Below the pieces are notes generated by a model. The model was not told the origin of the DNA and searched no databases. It was given only the letters and a program-made list of their open reading frames with translations. This document shows positions 26,501 through 32,000 of a DNA stretch of 32,000 bases, piece after piece. The position numbers and the translations under genes are program-made. Positions within the stretch are counted from its first letter, which is position 1. Every line of letters starts with the position of its first letter. Origin of the DNA: Methylophaga frappieri (GTDB taxonomy: Bacteria; Pseudomonadota; Gammaproteobacteria; Nitrosococcales; Methylophagaceae); assembly GCF_000260965.1 (NCBI RefSeq), contig NC_017856.1, forward strand, positions 1,950,001 to 1,982,000, written 5' to 3'.

Positions 26501-26671
26501 GCCCCATTGGTCTTCATTCCGGGTGCAGGTGCTGAGCTTTATCGGGGGATTGGTATCGTCGTGTTAGTGGGTATTTTTGTCTCAATGATTGTGACGCTGA
26601 CCTTTTTGCCCTGCTTATTAGTGTATGTGTTATCACTAACCGAACGTGGTCGACGCAAAGCAACCGACTAG
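23522..26671 (+). CDS. Efflux RND transporter permease (AcrB/AcrD/AcrF superfamily)
   Basis: 1049 aa with two large periplasmic loops and 12 predicted TM segments. Typical TM4 region (SLAGIAFAIGMTVDNTIVVLE) and its second-half repeat (GFVILLGTVVNNPILIVE). AAGGA lies 8 nt before the ATG, 11 nt after the adaptor gene. Confidence 0.93.
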   Translation: MLEAPIRNGKLLTVIVLIVCVLGLAAVRLIPVQMIPDLDTRIISVQTNWAGATPQDIEKEILIEQERYLGNIPNLTRMESFAETSQAEIEMHFPFGVNINETLIEVTNALSQVSGYPENVDQPRVSNSSFSENAFMHFTVTPLPGNPLNLDLHMITDFVDDNIRTAMERVNGVSQVQIRGGAERQMQVFVDAAKLAQRGITLSDVRNAIRARNSDASAGDIDEGQRRYLLRTVGRFNSQQELENLILARRNNTDILLKDVAEVQLDHFEIREEAIINNEAALHMAVKREPGSNVIDIKYGMLSVVDELRETVLKPNGLDIFLLGDDVRYVEAAIQNVSQNLLLGGLLACLILFAFLRSFRGTVIGLMGMPVCVIAAFLGLLLFDRTINVISLAGIAFAIGMTVDNTIVVLESIEQARRRGLDRIEAAITGVREVWTAVLASSMTTVIVFLPVLLVQEEAGQLYSDIAIAISIAIMASMLFAVGVVPSACARFGLGTGASKSLDDLHRHGLILKTINWLTAGNIRRILTMTIMFTITIVAAWILMPPAEYLPEGEEPKAFSSMMAPPGTNLSEMQRIASEVNVILEQARQADPVDFDRGEIRLPALAYYYLRTSPNGLWLLSEPKRGDDINAMMETLTELFKSYPGMRAFSGRGSIISSNQGGTRAVNLDIAGPDMGDLYRTAEYAYQRAENLFDNPQINSSPSSLSLDQPLIEIVPRWHRLSEVGFTADEFGFAVSALSDGAFVDEFFLDDDKIDIFLYSHAGQSQSLPNLAELPVLTPNASILPLNALADLNETVDSDTLRRVDGRRTVTLLIIPPRDVALETAVQRVRNEMIPAMQSQGEVAKGVSLSISGASDQLDATRESLSENLVVAVALIYLLLVAIFSHWGYPLIILATVPLGIAAGIVGLVAVNQSGPLLAMIGLPPLIQPFDMITMLGFVILLGTVVNNPILIVEQARRYLENASDTVQQAVVKAVATRLRPILMSTMTTVFGLAPLVFIPGAGAELYRGIGIVVLVGIFVSMIVTLTFLPCLLVYVLSLTERGRRKATD

Positions 26672-26695
26672 TTCGGCTTTAAGCCCGACTGGCAG

Positions 26696-27097
26696 TTATA
26701 AACTGACCACCAGCAGTGATCTGACAGCGATATACACATTGGCCAGCCAGCCAACCATAAAAACCAGTGATCGAAATGATGCCTGATTTAAAGCATAAAA
26801 AACCGGATGCAAAATCCGGCAAGCAAGAAACAATAGTGCCGCATAACTCAACGTATCTAAATCAATACTGGAAATGAAGGCCAGCAAACACGCCACCGCA
26901 TAAAAAATAAGGGACTCCCAGGCATTCTGTTGTGCCGCATAAATTCGGGCTGCCAAGCCTGACAGTTTGGTCTGCTGTTGACGTGGATGATGATTATCAA
27001 ATTGGTCAAACTGCCGAAAACGCAAATAACCACCAATGATGGCCAAGGTCATTGGCAATAGGGAAACAATAAATAGCACAACAAAAATACTCGGCAT
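26696..27097 (-). CDS. MAPEG family membrane protein
   Basis: 133 aa with 3-4 TM segments. Has the AAQQNAWESLIFYAVA and LACRILHPVFY...RS..F..GW pattern typical of bacterial MAPEG (YecN-like) proteins. AAGGAG lies 7 nt before the ATG. Confidence 0.75.
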   Translation of the reverse strand: MPSIFVVLFIVSLLPMTLAIIGGYLRFRQFDQFDNHHPRQQQTKLSGLAARIYAAQQNAWESLIFYAVACLLAFISSIDLDTLSYAALLFLACRILHPVFYALNQASFRSLVFMVGWLANVYIAVRSLLVVSL

Positions 27098-27168
27098 ATC
27101 TGAGCTCCTTTAGGTGAATGTTTCACACATCATCGCGTTTATATAAACTGACCCTAGGCTAACATCCG

Positions 27169-27381
27169 TCATTCAGCATTGTTCGACATCTGTTGCTGTA
27201 ACTCCGCCAGTTGTTTTCGGATAGCAGCCAACTCCTGGTTCGTACGTCGGTTTTCTTCTATTAAGTCTCGAAGCCGATCTTTGGTACCAAATACGGCAAA
27301 TGGCAACAGGAACCACAATAGTCCCAAAATCAGTAAAAACAGGACCCAGATAACACTCAGTCCGCCTAAAAACTCCATCAT
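27169..27381 (-). CDS. Small membrane-anchored coiled-coil protein (hypothetical)
   Basis: 70 aa with one N-terminal TM helix (LSVIWVLFLLILGLLWFLLPFAVF), then a charged heptad-like tail DRLRDLIEENRRTNQELAAIRKQLAELQQQ. GGGAGG lies 3 nt before ATG 27381 and 6 nt before the second ATG at 27378, which is probably the real start. Confidence 0.6.
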   Translation of the reverse strand: MMEFLGGLSVIWVLFLLILGLLWFLLPFAVFGTKDRLRDLIEENRRTNQELAAIRKQLAELQQQMSNNAE

Positions 27382-27422
27382 TGACCTCCCTTATCCTTTC
27401 AGCACCAAATCACATCTATCTG

Positions 27423-28436
27423 TCATTCCGGTTTCTGATGATAGCGGATCAGTCGTGCTACCTCTGCCGAGGATCCTAAAATAACCGGAACGCGTTGATG
27501 CAACTCGGTTGGCATTAACTCGAGGATACGCTGCTCTCCTGTACTACTTAAGCCACCCGCCTGTTCGACAATAAAACTCATCGGGTTCGCTTCATAGAGC
27601 AGGCGCAACCGCCCCCCTTGCTGACGGATACGTTCATCTATCGGATAAAGAAAGACACCGCCCCGCATCAATATGCGATAAACCTCCGCGACCATTGACG
27701 CCACCCAGCGGAGATTAAAGTTTTTCTCTCGAACACCATCCGCACCAGCCAGACACTCGCCAATATATTTTTCAACCGGTGAATCCCAGTGGCGTTGGTT
27801 AGACATATTGATAGCGAACTCTGCTGTTTGTTGCGGAATGCGTAAGTTGGGATGCGTTAAAATAAATTCCCCGACATCTCTATCTAGAGTAAAACCATGA
27901 ACTCCATTACCCAAAGTCAATACCAGTACCGTTGCCGGCCCATAGACGGTAAATCCAGCACAAACTTGCGCCGTTCCGGGTTGCAAGAAGGCTTTCATAC
28001 CGGGTTGAGTAGTGCTATCCGGACACCGTAGTATCGAAAAGATACTGCCAACGGAAACGTTGACATCAAGATTGGATGATCCATCGAGAGGATCAAAAGC
28101 CAAGAGATACTGGCCTCTTGGATAGCGTGTAGGAATGGAAATAACATCTTCGATCTCTTCCGAGATCATGGCAGCCAAATGGCCTGTCCAGCCTAACTGC
28201 TGAACAAAAATATCGTGACTGAGAATATCGAGCTGTTTTTGAGGTTCACCCTGCACATTATGGGTTTCGGCATAGCCACCAAGACCGCTAATACCACTTC
28301 TCGTGACAAGGTGAGCGATCTGCTTGCAAGCAACACCAATATCATTCAGTAAGCCAGATAAATCACCACTGGCATCCGGAAAAGCTCGTTGTGACTCGAT
28401 AATAAACTGGTTTAAAGTTTTACCGATAGTAGACAT
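27423..28436 (-). CDS. fbp: Fructose-1,6-bisphosphatase, class I
   Basis: AFDPLDGSSNLDVN metal-binding motif, GEFILTHP, GGVFLYP.D.....GRLRLLYEANPMSFIVEQAGG. ATG 28436 (MSTIGKTL) has AAGG 7 nt upstream and is preferred to the TTG at 28442 used by the ORF track. Confidence 0.95.
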   Translation of the reverse strand: MSTIGKTLNQFIIESQRAFPDASGDLSGLLNDIGVACKQIAHLVTRSGISGLGGYAETHNVQGEPQKQLDILSHDIFVQQLGWTGHLAAMISEEIEDVISIPTRYPRGQYLLAFDPLDGSSNLDVNVSVGSIFSILRCPDSTTQPGMKAFLQPGTAQVCAGFTVYGPATVLVLTLGNGVHGFTLDRDVGEFILTHPNLRIPQQTAEFAINMSNQRHWDSPVEKYIGECLAGADGVREKNFNLRWVASMVAEVYRILMRGGVFLYPIDERIRQQGGRLRLLYEANPMSFIVEQAGGLSSTGEQRILELMPTELHQRVPVILGSSAEVARLIRYHQKPE

Positions 28437-28466
28437 GTTCAAGCCTTACCATACCCGAGATCCAAT

Positions 28467-29285
28467 TCAACTGATTTTAACTAGAATCTCACCCATCCCG
28501 ATACCACCAATATCGCCTGCATACCGATGCACTCTCGAAAAAGGAGAAAGATTGGCAAAGGCACTATCCAATTTCTTAAAGCTGGCAAACATCAGTGGCA
28601 GAAACGCTAACGTATGGGCACCACAGTCATTAAAGTTAGCCCCTATTCCTTGTTTCGGGGCCTGATTTAGCAAGAGTGTACCGCGCTTCATGCCATAACC
28701 AAGATGTGCGCCTGTCTGACCTATGACGGCAATGGTACCGGACACCATTCTGGACCCACAATAATCCCCCGCATTGCCCTCAATCAAAATATAGCCTCGG
28801 CGCATGTGATCACCGGTGCGATCGCCGCTATTGCCGGTAATAATAATCGTGCCGCCAGTCATACCATTTTTATAACCAGAACGCGCTGCACCAACAAAAT
28901 CACCGGTATTACCCTCAATTTTGATTTGGCCACCTTTCATCTCACAGCCGGTATAGAGGTCACTATTACCTTTGACCATAATATGTCCACCAGACATAAA
29001 CTGCCCTAAATAAGCCCCGACATTGCCACTAACCTGAATTTCTCCTGATGCCATCGCATGACCAACATGATCCAGCTTGTCACTGCTGTTTTCAATTTGA
29101 ATGGTGTCGGTTTCATCGCCATCCACATCAAACAGGTCGGCAACACGAAGCTGACGGCGGCCTGAAAATAAAGGCAGTTCGGCAATCTCTTGTCGCGTTT
29201 TTCCAGCGAGCTTATCCGGCGTCAATGGCGAACAGTCAACGCGCTGTGCAAGACTAACCTTCAAGGTCAATTTCAATGCGCTCAT
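28467..29285 (-). CDS. fhcC: Formyltransferase/hydrolase complex subunit C (formylmethanofuran dehydrogenase subunit C homologue)
   Basis: 272 aa with the repeated Gly-rich beta-helix units of FmdC/FwdC: GNVGAYLGQFMSGGHIMVKGN, GCEMKGGQIKIEGN, MTGGTIIITGN, MRRGYILIEGN, MVSGTIAVIG. ATGA overlap with fhcD. Confidence 0.9.
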   Translation of the reverse strand: MSALKLTLKVSLAQRVDCSPLTPDKLAGKTRQEIAELPLFSGRRQLRVADLFDVDGDETDTIQIENSSDKLDHVGHAMASGEIQVSGNVGAYLGQFMSGGHIMVKGNSDLYTGCEMKGGQIKIEGNTGDFVGAARSGYKNGMTGGTIIITGNSGDRTGDHMRRGYILIEGNAGDYCGSRMVSGTIAVIGQTGAHLGYGMKRGTLLLNQAPKQGIGANFNDCGAHTLAFLPLMFASFKKLDSAFANLSPFSRVHRYAGDIGGIGMGEILVKIS

Positions 29286-30184
29286 GCCATGATCTCCTGC
29301 AAATGAAAGTGAAATGGCCCTAATTTACCGCCATAGTTACCCGCACTGATACGCCGGATACCATTTTCAGCCCCCAAATCACAGGCCGCTTGCACGCCAA
29401 CCCGAATGGCTTTATCTATATCTTCCTTGGTCAAACCGTCTATGACGATTTCCATCACCGACTCAACTTCAGGTGAGCATTCGGTTTTCGTTTGGCCTTT
29501 TAAGGTCGGACAAAAAGCATCATTGGTTGAAGCATTTAGCGCTTTGTATTTAGATCCAACCTTGGATCCGCTGCGAACAACACCACCGGGAAACGGCATA
29601 ATCACGTTCGGAATCTGCTTCATCGCTTTAATAGCCGCTTCACATGCCGCCAAAGCTTGAGGTTGAGATTCGGCTAATATCAAAAAATTTCCCCCACCTA
29701 CAGCAGAGACAACGCCGGTATTCTCTTGGGTCAAAAACTCCCCATCCATCACTGGAATCCGCCAATAGCGCTGGCCGTCAATCATTTTGGAAATCTGAAA
29801 ACCATCGCCAAAAAAACGCAGGTTTTTACCGAGGGCAATTTCTTTACCCTCCTCACCTGCAATACCCGCAAATAAAGCAGTGGTTGGTGCGGTCAAAACG
29901 CATTGACCGGCTCGGGTTTCAACTTGTTTTGCTAAGCCCTTGCCGCCCATCGCAAAAATCAGGCAGGCAACGCCGGGACGTCCATCTGGCGTTTCTGACG
30001 GCGTCAACGTCCGTTCAATCGCCGCCTCACAACCACAGGCAATGACTGACGTTGCAAACCCCGTAAAGGCCACAGCAGAATTCATGGCCCATTCGGTATT
30101 TTGGGCCGTAATGATGATTCGGGTGCCTTTCATCGGAAAAGCTTCGGCAAACGTTTTATCAATCGCAACACCGTTAATAATCAC
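29282..30184 (-). CDS. fhcD: Formylmethanofuran--tetrahydromethanopterin N-formyltransferase (Fhc subunit D)
   Basis: 300 aa. INGVAIDKTFAEAFPMKGTRIIITA, ATGFATSVIACGCEA, ETPDGRPGV match the Ftr family. GTG start overlapping the fhcA stop (GTGA). Confidence 0.93.
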   Translation of the reverse strand: MIINGVAIDKTFAEAFPMKGTRIIITAQNTEWAMNSAVAFTGFATSVIACGCEAAIERTLTPSETPDGRPGVACLIFAMGGKGLAKQVETRAGQCVLTAPTTALFAGIAGEEGKEIALGKNLRFFGDGFQISKMIDGQRYWRIPVMDGEFLTQENTGVVSAVGGGNFLILAESQPQALAACEAAIKAMKQIPNVIMPFPGGVVRSGSKVGSKYKALNASTNDAFCPTLKGQTKTECSPEVESVMEIVIDGLTKEDIDKAIRVGVQAACDLGAENGIRRISAGNYGGKLGPFHFHLQEIMA

Positions 30185-31848
30185 AACCGGCCTCCTTCAT
30201 GCAACGGCTGAATGGTGAGCGAGCCACGGCCATCATCGACCATTTCATCATTACTGATTTTGAAATTATCGAGCTTCATGGTGTGGTATCGATCAAAGTA
30301 TTTTTTCAATGATTTTTCGACACTTGCGTCATATTCAGGCTTAACCACATGGGTTGTACCCCAGACAATTTTCTGAATTTCGCCCTGGCGAACGACCATT
30401 TGACCATCTTTGAAAACATAGTCTGGTTTGGAAAACATTTTTTCCCGATCCGGCTGATCTTGATAAATCGTAATATCTGCTGCCGCCCCCACTCCCAAAT
30501 GACCGCGATCAGCTAAGCCCACTAACTTCGCAGCACCTGCCCGGGTCATAATCGCGATTTCATATAATGAATACTCACGTTCTATGGTAGCCAGATTCGT
30601 TGCTTTTTGTGCTTCGGGGTGCAGTGTTGACAAAATATCATTACGAAAAGTCTTATCCATCAACAACCTAATCAAGTGTGGATAACTGGTAAATGGCGCA
30701 CCATTAGGGTGATCGGTTGTCAGAAATACGCGCCAAGGGTCATCGATTAACAAAAAGGTTTCCAGACCAATCATCCACTGCAAAGCATTCACGTAGCTCT
30801 GGTCTTTATATTTAAACGGGACGACGCCACAGCCCGCATCACACTCAATATCCATCGCCACCCACTTGTTAGGATGGGCATGAGCATGTGCATCAAACTG
30901 GCGCATATTGTCACCAGATGCGGTCACTGTTTGACCAAAAAGAATCTGGCCGACATCAACCGTGATGTTTTTATGCTTATTGATGGCTTCCGCGATTTCT
31001 GCCGCCCCAGAGGAAAACTTAAAATCCCCTTCTGTGCCGTAACTATGAAACTGAATATGCGTAAGGTGCATAGGCAAGCCTTCAGCACCTTGAATCGTAT
31101 CGAGTGTTGTTTCCATATTTCCTGGTACACCCAGGTTACAGCCGTGCACATGCAATGGGTGCGGTACACCTAGCTCTTTAACAGCCGTCGATAAACGATG
31201 CAAAATATCGCGTGGAGTGACGCCATAAAAGACATTTTTCTCATCTAAATCGAGTTTACGTTGATTAAATTTAAATGCATTAATCCCGCCAGGATTAACA
31301 ACTTTTAAACCCACCGCCTGTGCATGAGTAATGGTCCAGGCGACATAATTATTGATAGCCTCTTGATCCGCTTTGGCCGCCATCATTCGCAACAGAAAGT
31401 CATCACTGCCCAGCATCACATAACCGCCTTTATCCAGAATCGGCGTATCGTGCATTTCCATATGCGCCTGACGGGCATTGATTGGCAGCACCGCGGGCTC
31501 AAACCCGGCGGTATAGCCCATCTCTGCGTAACGATATCCGGTGGTTAACGTGCTTGGCGCCGCATGTCCACAGCCACTGCGTAAAAGTTCTGTTCTGGCA
31601 AATACCTCTTCTGCATGATCTTCCGGCAACATGGTCCGGGCAATATTGACCTTACCGCCACCGATATGGGTATGCATATCAATGGCACCGGACATAATGA
31701 CTTTATCGCGAACATCAATTTCCTGATCGACACGCCCATCTGCCGGTTTTTCAACGATTCGTCCGTCCCGAATGTAAATATCTCGAACGACGTTTTCCTC
31801 ATTATGTGCCGGGTCGTAAACCCGACCTCCAGTAAGTTTGATTAACAT
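30181..31848 (-). CDS. fhcA: Formyltransferase/hydrolase complex subunit A (formylmethanofuran dehydrogenase subunit A homologue, amidohydrolase)
   Basis: 555 aa. Amidohydrolase metal motif GAIDMHTHIGGGK, HVHGCNLG, LTHIQFHSYG, TDHPNG. Typical FmdA/FwdA/FhcA length and context. Confidence 0.92.
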   Translation of the reverse strand: MLIKLTGGRVYDPAHNEENVVRDIYIRDGRIVEKPADGRVDQEIDVRDKVIMSGAIDMHTHIGGGKVNIARTMLPEDHAEEVFARTELLRSGCGHAAPSTLTTGYRYAEMGYTAGFEPAVLPINARQAHMEMHDTPILDKGGYVMLGSDDFLLRMMAAKADQEAINNYVAWTITHAQAVGLKVVNPGGINAFKFNQRKLDLDEKNVFYGVTPRDILHRLSTAVKELGVPHPLHVHGCNLGVPGNMETTLDTIQGAEGLPMHLTHIQFHSYGTEGDFKFSSGAAEIAEAINKHKNITVDVGQILFGQTVTASGDNMRQFDAHAHAHPNKWVAMDIECDAGCGVVPFKYKDQSYVNALQWMIGLETFLLIDDPWRVFLTTDHPNGAPFTSYPHLIRLLMDKTFRNDILSTLHPEAQKATNLATIEREYSLYEIAIMTRAGAAKLVGLADRGHLGVGAAADITIYQDQPDREKMFSKPDYVFKDGQMVVRQGEIQKIVWGTTHVVKPEYDASVEKSLKKYFDRYHTMKLDNFKISNDEMVDDGRGSLTIQPLHEGGRL

Positions 31849-31850
31849 GC

Positions 31851-32000
31851 TTACTCCTGCATTGCCTGTTCGACAGCTTTGAGAACCTCAGAAACACTAG
31901 GTAGATCACTCTGGCGTAATTTTCTCAGTGGCATCGACACCACACTATCACAACGAAAAATACGTCCTTCATGATCGATACCGGGCACGCCCACCGGAAT
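31851..32000 (-). CDS. fhcB: Formyltransferase/hydrolase complex subunit B (FmdB/FwdB homologue), C-terminal 49 codons only
   Basis: Not in the ORF track. The reverse-strand frame is open from the window edge: IPVGVPGIDHEGRIFRCDSVVSMPLRKLRQSDLPSVSEVLKAVEQAMQE*. Stop TAA is at 31853-31851, 2 nt before the fhcA ATG, and its last codons supply the AGGAG for fhcA. The identity rests on context plus the PVGVPGID.EG...R.D motif I recall from FwdB-type C-termini. Confidence 0.7.
   Translation of the reverse strand: MPVGVPGIDHEGRIFRCDSVVSMPLRKLRQSDLPSVSEVLKAVEQAMQE

Noticed and set aside
26672-26695. Possible bidirectional terminator in the 24-nt convergent gap between the RND pump and the MAPEG gene (TCGGCTTTAAGCCCGA).
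   Set aside because: The stem is short and needs a bulge, and there is no U-tract on either strand. This is too weak to call.
1-32000. Window-wide look for CRISPR repeats, IS-element or MITE terminal inverted repeats, long direct repeats, and defence or toxin-antitoxin gene pairs.
   Set aside because: I saw no periodic repeat-spacer pattern, no transposase-like ORF and no small adjacent gene pair with toxin-antitoxin characteristics. By-eye scanning cannot exclude short dispersed repeats; a self-dot-plot would settle this.

Overview
This is a gene-dense 32-kb chromosomal window of about 35 genes, nearly all assignable to known families. It most likely comes from a methylotrophic beta- or gammaproteobacterium (Methylophaga- or Methylophilaceae-like). 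I infer that from the fhcBADC tetrahydromethanopterin-pathway genes plus proteobacterial core synteny; the taxon cannot be verified here.

Layout:
- purK (5' partial) and an Rdx/SelW-like gene on the plus strand.
- topA <- smg <- dprA <- LysM/TsaP-like on the minus strand.
- Divergent from these, def-fmt-rsmB-DUF4390-ntrY-like-ntrX-like-trkA-yqgE-ruvX-pyrR-pyrB-pyrC'-HAD on the plus strand: about 12.6 kb with almost no intergenic space.
- tRNA-Asp, a membrane-tethered pseudoazurin, an orphan 109-aa protein, a 440-bp non-coding gap and perM on the minus strand.
- An RND adaptor and pump on the plus strand.
- MAPEG, a 70-aa membrane protein, fbp, and fhcC-fhcD-fhcA-fhcB (fhcB partial and absent from the ORF track) on the minus strand.

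I found no CRISPR array, transposase or integrase, phage genes, toxin-antitoxin pair or recognisable defence genes. I do not see a clear-cut novel multi-gene system; the window is mostly core housekeeping.

Best leads:
1. A DUF4390 / NtrY-like kinase / regulator module whose sigma-54-type AAA+ domain is visibly degenerate.
2. A pseudoazurin tethered to the membrane by a ~125-aa acidic linker, next to an orphan secreted protein.
3. A structured 440-bp non-coding region with an orphan terminator and a 20-bp palindrome.
4. A PyrC' lacking its metal and catalytic residues, followed by a tightly appended HAD hydrolase.

Several ORF-track starts were revised from start-codon, RBS and family N-terminus considerations.
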